Below, piece by piece: positions 41,601-56,600 of a stretch of DNA of 64,000 nt (positions are counted from its first letter, which is position 1; each line of letters starts with the position of its first letter). The position numbers and the translations under genes are program-made. Below the pieces are notes generated by a model. That model was not told where the DNA came from and ran no database searches. It saw only the letters and a list, made by a program, of their open reading frames with translations. The DNA comes from Auanema rhodensis. Its lineage: Eukaryota; Animalia; Nematoda. The DNA lies in contig OZ059899.1 of NCBI GenBank assembly GCA_964057225.1, positions 16,678,001 to 16,742,000 on the forward strand. The letters are read 5' to 3'.

Positions 41601-44600
41601 GATTATTTATTTTTCATTATTGTTGATGATTATTGAGAAAAATTGACAATCACCGGACACAACGTGCCTACAGCCTGAACTTTTTTGTGAACAAATCTTG
41701 TGGATGGGGTTGATCTAAACCTGTTTTCCGGAAAACTGAGAAGTCACAGCCGAATCGTACTTGGAATATCAGATTCTACACATCTGAATACCCAACTTAG
41801 GATTATTTATTTTTCATTATTTTCGATGATTATTGAGAAAAATTGACAATCACCGGACACAACGTGCCTACAGCCTGAACTTTTTTGTGAACAAATCTTT
41901 TGGATGGGGTTGGTATAAACCTTTTTCCGGAAAACTGAGAAGTCACAGCCAAATCACACCAAGTAATTCAGATTCTACACATCTGAATACCCAACTTAGG
42001 ATTATCTATTTTTCATTATTGTTGATGATTATTGAGAAAAATTGACAATCACCGGACACAACGTGCCTACAGCCTGAACTTTTTTGTGAACAAATCTTTT
42101 GGATGGGGTTGATCTAAACCTGTTTTCCGGAAAACTGAGAAGTCACAGCCGAATCGTACTTGGAATATCAGATTCTACACATCTGAATACCCAACTTAGG
42201 ATTATTTATTTTTCATTATTTTTGATGATTTTTGAGAAAAAGGAACATTCACCGAGCACAACGTGCCTACAGCCTGAACTTTTTTGTGAACAAAACTTTT
42301 GGATGGGGTTGATCTAAACCTGTTTTCCGGAAAACTGAGAAGTCACAGCCGAATCGTACTTGGAATATCAGATTCTACACATCTGAATACCCAACTTAGG
42401 ATTATTTATTTTTCATTATAGTTGATGATTTTTGAGAAAAATTGACAATCACCGGACACAACGTGCCTACAGCCTGAACTTTTTTGTGAACAAATCTTTT
42501 GGATGGGGTTGGTATAAACCTTTTTCCGGAAAACTGAGAAGTCACAGCCAAATCACACCAAGTAATTCAGATTCTACACATCTGAATACCCAACTTAGGA
42601 TTATTTATTTTTCATTATAGTTGATGATTTTTGAGAAAAAGGAACATTCACCGAGCACAACGTGCCTACAGCCTGAACTTTTTTGTGAACAAATCTTTTG
42701 GATGGGGTTGATCTAAACCTGTTTTCCGGAAAACTGAGAAGTCACAGCCGAATCGTACTTGGAATATCAGATTCTACACATCTGAATACCCAACTTAGGA
42801 TTATTTATTTTTCATTATAGTTGATGATTTTTGAGAAAAAGGAACATTCACCGGACACAACGTGCCTACAGCCTGAACTTTTTTGTGAACAAATCTTTTG
42901 GATGGGGTTGATCTAAACCTGTTTTCCGGAAAACTGAGAAGTCACAGCCGAATCGTACTTGGAATATCAGATTCTACACATCTGAATACCCAACTTAGGA
43001 TTATTTATTTTTCATTATAGTTGATGATTTTTGAGAAAAATTGACAATCACCGGACACAATGTGCCTACAGCCTGAACTTTTTTGTGAACAAATCTTGTG
43101 GATGGGGTTGATATAAACCTTTTTTCCGGAAAATTGAGAAGTCACAGCCAAATCACACCAAGTAATTCAGATTCTCCACATCTGAATACCCAACTTAGGA
43201 TTATTTATTTTTCATTATTGATGATGATTATTGAGAAAAATTGACAATCACCGGACACAACGTGCCTACAGCCTGAACTTTTTTGTGAACAAATCTTTTG
43301 GATGGGGTTGATCTAAACCTGTTTTCCGGAAAACTGAGAAGTCACAGCCGAATCGTACTTGGAATATCAGATTCTACACATCTGAATACCCAACTTAGGA
43401 TTATTTATTTTTCATTATAGTTGATGATTTTTGAGAAAAATTGACAATCACCGGACACAATGTGCCTACAGCCTGAACTTTTTTGTGAACAAATCTTTTG
43501 GATGGGGTTGATCTAAACCTGTTTTCCGGAAAACTGAGAAGTCACAGCCGAATCGTACTTGGAATATCAGATTCTACACATCTGAATACCCAACTTAGGA
43601 TTATCTATTTTTCATTATTGTTGATGATTATTGAGAAAAATTGACAATCACCGGACACAACGTGCCTACAGCCTGAACTTTTTTGTGAACAAATCTTTTG
43701 GATGGGGTTGATCTAAACCTGTTTTCCGGAAAACTGAGAAGTCACAGCCGAATCGTACTTGGAATATCAGATTCTACACATCTGAATACCCAACTTAGGA
43801 TTATTTATTTTTCATTATTTTTGATGATTTTTGAGAAAAAGGAACATTCACCGAGCACAACGTGCCTACAGCCTGAACTTTTTTGTGAACAAAACTTTTG
43901 GATGGGGTTGATCTAAACCTGTTTTCCGGAAAACTGAGAAGTCACAGCCGAATCGTACTTGGAATATCAGATTCTACACATCTGAATACCCAACTTAGGA
44001 TTATTTATTTTTCATTATAGTTGATGATTTTTGAGAAAAATTGACAATCACCGGACACAACGTGCCTACAGCCTGAACTTTTTTGTGAACAAATCTTTTG
44101 GATGGGGTTGGTATAAACCTTTTTCCGGAAAACTGAGAAGTCACAGCCAAATCACACCAAGTAATTCAGATTCTACACATCTGAATACCCAACTTAGGAT
44201 TATTTATTTTTCATTATAGTTGATGATTTTTGAGAAAAAGGAACATTCACCGAGCACAACGTGCCTACAGCCTGAACTTTTTTGTGAACAAATCTTTTGG
44301 ATGGGGTTGATCTAAACCTGTTTTCCGGAAAACTGAGAAGTCACAGCCGAATCGTACTTGGAATATCAGATTCTACACATCTGAATACCCAACTTAGGAT
44401 TATTTATTTTTCATTATAGTTGATGATTTTTGAGAAAAAGGAACATTCACCGGACACAACGTGCCTACAGCCTGAACTTTTTTGTGAACAAATCTTTTGG
44501 ATGGGGTTGATCTAAACCTGTTTTCCGGAAAACTGAGAAGTCACAGCCGAATCGTACTTGGAATATCAGATTCTACACATCTGAATACCCAACTTAGGAT

Positions 44601-47600
44601 TATTTATTTTTCATTATAGTTGATGATTTTTGAGAAAAATTGACAATCACCGGACACAATGTGCCTACAGCCTGAACTTTTTTGTGAACAAATCTTTTGG
44701 ATGGGGTTGATCTAAACCTTTTTTCCGGAAAATTGAGAAGTCACAGCCAAATCACACCAAGTAATTCAGATTCTCCACATCTGAATACCCAACTTAGGAT
44801 TATTTATTTTTCATTATTGATGATGATTATTGAGAAAAATTGACAATCACCGGACACAACGTGCCTACAGCCTGAACTTTTTTGTGAACAAATCTTTTGG
44901 ATGGGGTTGATCTAAACCTGTTTTCCGGAAAACTGAGAAGTCACAGCCGAATCGTACTTGGAATATCAGATTCTACACATCTGAATACCCAACTTAGGAT
45001 TATTTATTTTTCATTATAGTTGATGATTTTTGAGAAAAATTGACAATCACCGGACACAATGTGCCTACAGCCTGAACTTTTTTGTGAACAAATCTTTTGG
45101 ATGGGGTTGATCTAAACCTGTTTTCCGGAAAACTGAGAAGTCACAGCCGAATCGTACTTGGAATATCAGATTCTACACATCTGAATACCCAACTTAGGAT
45201 TATTTATTTTTCATTATAGTTGATGATTTTTGAGAAAAATTGACAATCACCGGACACAATGTGCCTACAGCCTGAACTTTTTTGTGAACAAATCTTTTGG
45301 ATGGGGTTGGTATAAACCTTTTTCCGGAAAACTGAGAAGTCACAGCCAAATCACACCAAGTAATTCAGATTCTACACATCTGAATACCCAACTTAGGATT
45401 ATTTATTTTTCATTATAGTTGATGATTTTTGAGAAAAAGGAACATTCACCGAGCACAACGTGCCTACAGCCTGAACTTTTTTGTGAACAAATCTTGTGGA
45501 TGGGGCTGGTATAAACCTTTTTCCGGAAAACTGAGAAGTCACAGCCAAATCACACCAAGTAATTCAGATTCTACACATCTGAATACCCAACTTAGGATTA
45601 TTTATTTTTCATTATTGTTGATGATTTTTGAGAAAAAGGAACATTCACCGAGCACAACGTGCCTACAGCCTGAACTTTTTTGTGAACAAATCTTGTGGAT
45701 GGGGTTGGTATAAACCTTTTTCCGGAAAACTGAGAAGTCACAGCCAAATCACACCAAGTAATTCAGATTCTACACATCTGAATACCCAACTTAGGATTAT
45801 TTATTTTTCATTATAGTTGATGATTTTTGAGAAAAATTGACAATCACCGGTCACAACGTGGCTACAGCCTGAACTTTTTTGTGAACAAATCTTGTGGATG
45901 GGGTTGATATAAACCTGTTTTCCGGAAAACTGAGAAGTCACAGCCGAATCTTACTCGGAATATCAGATTCTACACATCTGAATACCCAACTTAGGTTTAT
46001 TTATTTTTTATTATAGTTGATGATTTTTGAGAAAAATTGACAATCACCGGACACAACGTGCCTACAGCCTGAACTTTTTTGTGAACAAATCTTGTGGATG
46101 GGGTTGAGATAAACCTTTTTTCCGAAAAACTGAGAAGTCACAGCCAAATCACAACAAGTAATTCAGATTCTACACATCTGAATACCCAACTTAGGATTAT
46201 TTATTTTTCATTATAGTTGATGATTTTTGAGAAAAATTGACAATCACCGGACACAATGTGCCTACAGCCTGAACTTTTTTGTGAACAAATCTTGTGGATG
46301 GGGTTGAGATAAACCTTTTTTCCGAAAAACTGAGAAGTTACAGCCGAATCACACCAAGTAATTCAGATTCTACACATCTGAATAGCCAACTTAGGTTTAT
46401 TTATTTTTTATTATAGTTGATGATTTTTGAGAAAAATTGACAATCACCGGACACAATGTGCCTACAGCCTGAACTTTTTTGTGAACAAATCTTGTGGATG
46501 GGGTTGGTATAAACTTTTTTTCCGAAAAACTGAGAAGTTACAGCCAAATCACACCAAGTAATTCAGATTCTCCACATCTGAATACCCAACTTAGGATTAT
46601 TTATTTTTCATTATAGTTGATGATTTTTGAGAAAAAGGAACATTCACCGGTCACAACGTGGCTACAGCCTGAACTTTTTTGTGAACAAATCTTGTGGATG
46701 GGGTTGGTATAAACTTTTTTTCCGAAAAACTGAGAAGTTACAGCCGAATCACACCAAGTAATTCAGATTCTCCACATCTGAATACCCAACTTAGGATTAT
46801 TTATTTTTCATTATAGTTGATGATTTTTGAGAAAAATTGACAATCACCGGACACAATGTGCCTACAGCCTGAACTTTTTTGTGAACAAATCTTGTGGATG
46901 GGGTTGAGATAAACCTTTTTTCCGAAAAACTGAGAAGTCACAGCCAAATCACACCAAGTAATTCAGATTCTCCACATCTGAATACCCAACTTAGGATTAT
47001 TTATTTTTCATTATAGTTGATGATTTTTGAGAAAAATTGACAATCACCGGACACAATGTGCCTACAGCCTGAACTTTTTTGTGAACAAATCTTGTGGATG
47101 GGGTTGGTATAAACTTTTTTTCCGAAAAACTGAGAAGTTACAGCCAAATCACACCAAGTAATTCAGATTCTCCACATCTGAATACCCAACTTAGGATTAT
47201 TTATTTTTCATTATTGTTGATGATTTTTGAGAAAAAGGAACATTCACCGAGCACAACGTGCCTACAGCCTGAACTTTTTTGTGAACAAATCTTGTGGATG
47301 GGGTTGGTATAAACCTTTTTCCGGAAAACTGAGAAGTCACAGCCAAATCACACCAAGTAATTCAGATTCTACACATCTGAATACCCAACTTAGGATTATT
47401 TATTTTTCATTATAGTTGATGATTTTTGAGAAAAATTGACAATCACCGGACACAACGTGCCTACAGCCTGAACTTTTTTGTGAACAAATCTTGTGGATGG
47501 GGTTGGTATAAACCTTTTTCCGGAAAACTGAGAAGTCACAGCCGAATCACACCAAGTAATTCAGATTCTACACATCTGAATACCCAACTTAGGATTATTT

Positions 47601-50600
47601 ATTTTTCATTATAGTTGATGATTTTTGAGAAAAATTGACAATCACCGGACACAATGTGCCTACAGCCTGAACTTTTTTGTGAACAAATCTTTTGGATGGG
47701 GTTGATCTAAACCTGTTTTCCGGAAAACTGAGAAGTCACAGCCGAATCGTACTTGGAATATCAGATTCTACACATCTGAATACCCAACTTAGGATTATTT
47801 ATTTTTCATTATAGTTGATGATTTTTGAGAAAAATTGACAATCACCGGACACAACGTGCCTACAGCCTGAACTTTTTTGTGAACAAATCTTGTGGATGGG
47901 GTTGAGATAAACCTTTTTTCCGAAAAACTGAGAAGTCACAGCCAAATCACACCAAGTAATTCAGATTCTACACATCTGAATACCCAACTTAGGATTATTT
48001 ATTTTTCATTATAGTTGATGATTTTTGAGAAAAATTGACAATCACCGGACACAACGTGCCTACAGCCTGAACTTTTTTGTGAACAAATCTTGTGGATGGG
48101 GTTGAGATAAACCTTTTTTCCGAAAAACTGAGAAGTTACAGCCGAATCACACCAAGTAATTCAGATTCTACACATCTGAATAGCCAACTTAGGTTTATTT
48201 ATTTTTTATTATAGTTGATGATTTTTGAGAAAAATTGACAATCACCGGACACAATGTGCCTACAGCCTGAACTTTTTTGTGAACAAATCTTGTGGATGGG
48301 GTTGGTATAAACTTTTTTTCCGAAAAACTGAGAAGTTACAGCCAAATCACACCAAGTAATTCAGATTCTCCACATCTGAATACCCAACTTAGGATTATTT
48401 ATTTTTCATTATAGTTGATGATTTTTGAGAAAAATTGACAATCACCGGACACAATGTGCCTACAGCCTGAACTTTTTTGTGAACAAATCTTGTGGATGGG
48501 GTTGGTATAAACTTTTTTTCCGAAAAACTGAGAAGTTACAGCCAAATCACACCAAGTAATTCAGATTCTCCACATCTGAATACCCAACTTAGGATTATTT
48601 ATTTTTCATTATAGTTGATGATTTTTGAGAAAAAGGAACATTCACCGGTCACAACGTGGCTACAGCCTGAACTTTTTTGTGAACAAATCTTGTGGATGGG
48701 GTTGAGATAAACCTTTTTTCCGAAAAACTGAGAAGTTACAGCCAAATCACACCAAGTAATTCAGATTCTACACATCTGAATACCCAACTTAGGATTATTT
48801 ATTTTTTATTATAGTTGATGATTTTTGAGAAAAATTGACAATCACCGGACACAACGTGCCTACAGCCTGAACTTTTTTGTGAACAAATCTTGTGGATGGG
48901 GTTGAGATAAACCTTTTTTCCGAAAAACTGAGAAGTCACAGCCAAATCACACCAAGTAATTCAGATTCTACACATCTGAATACCCAACTTAGGTTTATTT
49001 ATTTTTTATTATAGTTGATGATTTTTGAGAAAAATTGACAATCACCGGACACAATGTGCCTACAGCCTGAACTTTTTTGTGAACAAATCTTGTGGATGGG
49101 GTTGGTATAAACTTTTTTTCCGAAAAACTGAGAAGTTACAGCCAAATCACACCAAGTAATTCAGATTCTCCACATCTGAATACCCAACTTAGGTTTATTT
49201 ATTTTTTATTATAGTTGATGATTTTTGAGAAAAATTGACAATCACCGGACACAATGTGCCTACAGCCTGAACTTTTTTGTGAACAAATCTTGTGGATGGG
49301 GTTGGTATAAACTTTTTTTCCGAAAAACTGAGAAGTTACAGCCAAATCACACCAAGTAATTCAGATTCTCCACATCTGAATACCCAACTTAGGATTATTT
49401 ATTTTTCATTATAGTTGATGATTTTTGAGAAAAATTGACAATCACCGGACACAATGTGCCTACAGCCTGAACTTTTTTGTGAACAAATCTTGTGGATGGG
49501 GTTGGTATAAACTTTTTTTCCGAAAAACTGAGAAGTTACAGCCAAATCACACCAAGTAATTCAGATTCTCCACATCTGAATACCCAACTTAGGATTATTT
49601 ATTTTTCATTATAGTTGATGATTTTTGAGAAAAAGGAACATTCACCGGTCACAACGTGGCTACAGCCTGAACTTTTTTGTGAACAAATCTTGTGGATGGG
49701 GTTGAGATAAACCTTTTTTCCGAAAAACTAAGAAGTTACAGCCGAATCACACCAAGTAATTCAGATTCTACACATCTGAATACCCAACTTAGGTTTATTT
49801 ATTTTTCATTATAGTTGATGATTTTTGAGAAAAATTGACAATCACCGGACACAACGTGCCTACAGCCTGAACTTTTTTGTGAACAAATCTTGTGGATGGG
49901 GTTGGTATAAACCTTTTTCCGGAAAACTGAGAAGTCACAGCCAAATCACACCAAGTAATTCAGATTCTACACATCGGAATACCCAACTTAGGATTATTTA
50001 TTTTTCATTATAGTTGATGATTTTTGAGAAAAATTGACAATCACCGGACACAACGTGCCTACAGCCTGAACTTTTTTGTGAACAAATCTTGTGGATGGGG
50101 TTGGTATAAACCTTTTTCCGAAAAACTGAGAAGTTACAGCCGAATCGTATTTGGAATATCAGATTCTACACATCTGAATACCCAACTTAGGATTATTTAT
50201 TTTTCATTATAGTTGATGATTTTTGAGAAAAATTGACAATCACCGGACACAACGTGCCTACAGCCTGAACTTTTTTGTGAACAAATCTTGTGGATGGGGT
50301 TGGTATAAACCTTTTTCCGAAAAACTGAGAAGTCACAGCCAAATCACACCAAGTAATTCAGATTCTACACATCTGAATACCCAACTTAGGATTATTTATT
50401 TTTCATTATAGTTGATGATTTTTGAGAAAAATTGACAATCACCGGACACAACGTGCCTACAGCCTGAACTTTTTTGTGAACAAATCTTGTGGATGGGGTT
50501 GGTATAAACCTTTTTCCGGAAAACTGAGAAGTTACAGCCGAATCACACCAAGTAATTCAGATTCTACACATCTGAATACCCAACTTACGATTATTTATTT

Positions 50601-53600
50601 TTCATTATAGTTGATGATTTTTGAGAAAAATTGACAATCACCGGACACAACGTGCCTACAGCCTGAACTTTTTTGTGAACAAATCTTGTGGATGGGGTTG
50701 GTATAAACCTTTTTCCGAAAAACTGAGAAGTTACAGCCGAATCGTATTTGGAATATCAGATTCTACACATCTGAATACCCAACTTAGGATTATTTATTTT
50801 TCATTATAGTTGATGATTTTTGAGAAAAATTGACAATCACCGGACACAACGTGCCTACAGCCTGAACTTTTTTGTGAACAAATCTTGTGGATGGGGTTGG
50901 TATAAACCTTTTTCCGGAAAACTGAGAAGTCACAGCCAAATCACACCAAGTAATTCAGATTCTACACATCTGAATACCCAACTTAGGATTATTTATTTTT
51001 CATTATAGTTGATGATTTTTGAGAAAAATTGACAATCACCGGACACAACGTGCCTACAGCCTGAACTTTTTTGTGAACAAATCTTGTGGATGGGGTTGGT
51101 ATAAACCTTTTTCCGGAAAACTGAGAAGTCACAGCCAAATCACACCAAGTAATTCAGATTCTACACATCTGAATACCCAACTTAGGATTATTTATTTTTC
51201 ATTATAGTTGATGATTTTTGAGAAAAATTGACAATCACCGGACACAACGTGCCTACAGCCTGAACTTTTTTGTGAACAAATCTTTTGGATGGGGTTGATA
51301 TAAACTTTTTTTCCGAAAAACTGAGAAGTCACAGCCAAATCACACCAAGTAATTCAGATTCTCCACATCTGAATACCCAACTTAGGATTATTTATTTTTC
51401 ATTATTGTTGATGATTATTGAGAAAAATTGACAATCACCGGACACAACGTGCCTACAGCCTGAACTTTTTTGTGAACAAATCTTTTGGATGGGGTTGATC
51501 TAAACCTGTTTTCCGGAAAACTGAGAAGTCACAGCCGAATCGTACTTGGAATATCAGATTCTACACATCTGAATACCCAACTTAGGATTATTTATTTTTC
51601 ATTATTGTTGATGATTATTGAGAAAAATTGACAATCACCGGACACAACGTGCCTACAGCCTGAACTTTTTTGTGAACAAATCTTTTGGATGGGGTTGATC
51701 TAAACCTGTTTTCCGGAAAACTGAGAAGTCACAGCCGAATCTTATTCGGAATATCAGATTCTACACATCTGAATACCCAACTTAGGATTATTTATTTTTC
51801 ATTATTGTTGATGATTATTGAGAAAAATTGACAATCACCGGACACAACGTGCCTACAGCCTGAACTTTTTTGTGAACAAATCTTTTGGATGGGGTTGATC
51901 TAAACCTGTTTTCCGGAAAACTGAGAAGTCACAGCCGAATCGTACTTGGAATATCAGATTCTACACATCTGAATACCCAACTTAGGATTATTTATTTTTC
52001 ATTATTGTTGATGATTATTGAGAAAAATTGACAATCACCGGACACAATGTGCCTACAGCCTGAACTTTTTTGTGAACAAATCTTTTGGATGGGGTTGATC
52101 TAAACCTGTTTTCCGGAAAACTGAGAAGTCACAGCCGAATCGTACTTGGAATATCAGATTCTACACATCTGAATACCCAACTTAGGATTATTTATTTTTC
52201 ATTATTTTTGATGATTATTGAGAAAAATTGACAATCACCGGACACAACGTGCCTACAGCCTGAACTTTTTTGTGAACAAATCTTTTGGATGGGGTTGATC
52301 TAAACCTGTTTTCCGGAAAACTGAGAAGTCACAGCCGAATCGTACTTGGAATATCAGATTCTACACATCTGAATACCCAACTTAGGATTATTTATTTTTC
52401 ATTATTTTTGATGATTATTGAGAAAAATTGACAATCACCGGACACAACGTGCCTACAGCCTGAACTTTTTTGTGAACAAATCTTTTGGATGGGGTTGGTA
52501 TAAACCTTTTTCCGGAAAACTGAGAAGTCACAGCCAAATCACACCAAGTAATTCAGATTCTACACATCTGAATACCCAACTTAGGATTATTTATTTTTCA
52601 TTATTGTTGATGATTATTGAGAAAAATTGACAATCACCGGACACAACGTGCCTACAGCCTGAACTTTTTTGTGAACAAATCTTTTGGATGGGGTTGATCT
52701 AAACCTGTTTTCCGGAAAACTGAGAAGTCACAGCCGAATCGTACTTGGAATATCAGATTCTACACATCTGAATACCCAACTTAGGATTATTTATTTTTCA
52801 TTATTTTTGATGATTTTTGAGAAAAAGGAACATTCACCGAGCACAACGTGCCTACAGCCTGAACTTTTTTGTGAACAAATCTTTTGGATGGGGTTGATCT
52901 AAACCTGTTTTCCGGAAAACTGAGAAGTCACAGCCGAATCGTACTTGGAATATCAGATTCTACACATCTGAATACCCAACTTAGGATTATTTATTTTTCA
53001 TTATAGTTGATGATTTTTGAGAAAAATTGACAATCATCGGACACAACGTGCCTACAGCCTGAACTTTTTTGTGAACAAAACTTTTGGATGGGGTTGATCT
53101 AAACCTGTTTTCCGGAAAACTGAGAAGTCACAGCCGAATCGTACTTGGAATATCAGATTCTACACATCTGAATACCCAACTTAGGATTATTTATTTTTCA
53201 TTATAGTTGATGATTTTTGAGAAAAATTGACAATCACCGGACACAACGTGCCTACAGCCTGAACTTTTTTGTGAACAAATCTTTTGGATGGGGTTGGTAT
53301 AAACCTTTTTCCGGAAAACTGAGAAGTCACAGCCAAATCACACCAAGTAATTCAGATTCTACACATCTGAATACCCAACTTAGGATTATTTATTTTTCAT
53401 TATAGTTGATGATTTTTGAGAAAAAGGAACATTCACCGAGCACAACGTGCCTACAGCCTGAACTTTTTTGTGAACAAATCTTTTGGATGGGGTTGATCTA
53501 AACCTGTTTTCCGGAAAACTGAGAAGTCACAGCCGAATCGTACTTGGAATATCAGATTCTACACATCTGAATACCCAACTTAGGATTATTTATTTTTCAT

Positions 53601-56600
53601 TATAGTTGATGATTTTTGAGAAAAATTGACAATCACCGGACACAACGTGCCTACAGCCTGAACTTTTTTGTGAACAAATCTTTTGGATGGGGTTGATATA
53701 AACTTTTTTTCCGAAAAACTGAGAAGTCACAGCCAAATCACACCAAGTAATTCAGATTCTCCACATCTGAATACCCAACTTAGGATTATTTATTTTTCAT
53801 TATTGTTGATGATTATTGAGAAAAATTGACAATCACCGGACACAACGTGCCTACAGCCTGAACTTTTTTGTGAACAAATCTTTTGGATGGGGTTGATCTA
53901 AACCTGTTTTCCGGAAAACTGAGAAGTCACAGCCGAATCGTACTTGGAATATCAGATTCTACACATCTGAATACCCAACTTAGGATTATTTATTTTTCAT
54001 TATTGTTGATGATTATTGAGAAAAATTGACAATCACCGGACACAACGTGCCTACAGCCTGAACTTTTTTGTGAACAAATCTTTTGGATGGGGTTGATCTA
54101 AACCTGTTTTCCGGAAAACTGAGAAGTCACAGCCGAATCTTATTCGGAATATCAGATTCTACACATCTGAATACCCAACTTAGGATTATTTATTTTTCAT
54201 TATTGTTGATGATTATTGAGAAAAATTGACAATCACCGGACACAACGTGCCTACAGCCTGAACTTTTTTGTGAACAAATCTTTTGGATGGGGTTGATCTA
54301 AACCTGTTTTCCGGAAAACTGAGAAGTCACAGCCGAATCGTACTTGGAATATCAGATTCTACACATCTGAATACCCAACTTAGGATTATTTATTTTTCAT
54401 TATTGTTGATGATTATTGAGAAAAATTGACAATCACCGGACACAATGTGCCTACAGCCTGAACTTTTTTGTGAACAAATCTTTTGGATGGGGTTGATCTA
54501 AACCTGTTTTCCGGAAAACTGAGAAGTCACAGCCGAATCGTACTTGGAATATCAGATTCTACACATCTGAATACCCAACTTAGGATTATTTATTTTTCAT
54601 TATTTTTGATGATTATTGAGAAAAATTGACAATCACCGGACACAACGTGCCTACAGCCTGAACTTTTTTGTGAACAAATCTTTTGGATGGGGTTGATCTA
54701 AACCTGTTTTCCGGAAAACTGAGAAGTCACAGCCGAATCGTACTTGGAATATCAGATTCTACACATCTGAATACCCAACTTAGGATTATTTATTTTTCAT
54801 TATTTTTGATGATTATTGAGAAAAATTGACAATCACCGGACACAACGTGCCTACAGCCTGAACTTTTTTGTGAACAAATCTTTTGGATGGGGTTGGTATA
54901 AACCTTTTTCCGGAAAACTGAGAAGTCACAGCCAAATCACACCAAGTAATTCAGATTCTACACATCTGAATACCCAACTTAGGATTATTTATTTTTCATT
55001 ATTGTTGATGATTATTGAGAAAAATTGACAATCACCGGACACAACGTGCCTACAGCCTGAACTTTTTTGTGAACAAATCTTTTGGATGGGGTTGATCTAA
55101 ACCTGTTTTCCGGAAAACTGAGAAGTCACAGCCGAATCGTACTTGGAATATCAGATTCTACACATCTGAATACCCAACTTAGGATTATTTATTTTTCATT
55201 ATTTTTGATGATTTTTGAGAAAAAGGAACATTCACCGAGCACAACGTGCCTACAGCCTGAACTTTTTTGTGAACAAATCTTTTGGATGGGGTTGATCTAA
55301 ACCTGTTTTCCGGAAAACTGAGAAGTCACAGCCGAATCGTACTTGGAATATCAGATTCTACACATCTGAATACCCAACTTAGGATTATTTATTTTTCATT
55401 ATAGTTGATGATTTTTGAGAAAAATTGACAATCATCGGACACAACGTGCCTACAGCCTGAACTTTTTTGTGAACAAAACTTTTGGATGGGGTTGATCTAA
55501 ACCTGTTTTCCGGAAAACTGAGAAGTCACAGCCGAATCGTACTTGGAATATCAGATTCTACACATCTGAATACCCAACTTAGGATTATTTATTTTTCATT
55601 ATAGTTGATGATTTTTGAGAAAAATTGACAATCACCGGACACAACGTGCCTACAGCCTGAACTTTTTTGTGAACAAATCTTTTGGATGGGGTTGGTATAA
55701 ACCTTTTTCCGGAAAACTGAGAAGTCACAGCCAAATCACACCAAGTAATTCAGATTCTACACATCTGAATACCCAACTTAGGATTATTTATTTTTCATTA
55801 TAGTTGATGATTTTTGAGAAAAAGGAACATTCACCGAGCACAACGTGCCTACAGCCTGAACTTTTTTGTGAACAAATCTTTTGGATGGGGTTGATCTAAA
55901 CCTGTTTTCCGGAAAACTGAGAAGTCACAGCCGAATCGTACTTGGAATATCAGATTCTACACATCTGAATACCCAACTTAGGATTATTTATTTTTCATTA
56001 TAGTTGATGATTTTTGAGAAAAATTGACAATCACCGGACACAACGTGCCTACAGCCTGAACTTTTTTGTGAACAAATCTTTTGGATGGGGTTGATCTAAA
56101 CCTGTTTTCCGGAAAACTGAGAAGTCACAGCCGAATCGTACTTGGAATATCAGATTCTACACATCTGAATACCCAACTTAGGATTATTTATTTTTCATTA
56201 TAGTTGATGATTTTTGAGAAAAATTGACAATCACCGGACACAATGTGCCTACAGCCTGAACTTTTTTGTGAACAAATCTTTTGGATGGGGTTGATCTAAA
56301 CCTGTTTTCCGGAAAACTGAGAAGTCACAGCCAAATCACACCAAGTAATTCAGATTCTCCACATCTGAATACCCAACTTAGGATTATTTATTTTTCATTA
56401 TTGATGATGATTATTGAGAAAAATTGACAATCACCGGACACAACGTGCCTACAGCCTGAACTTTTTTGTGAACAAATCTTTTGGATGGGGTTGATCTAAA
56501 CCTGTTTTCCGGAAAACTGAGAAGTCACAGCCGAATCGTACTTGGAATATCAGATTCTACACATCTGAATACCCAACTTAGGATTATTTATTTTTCATTA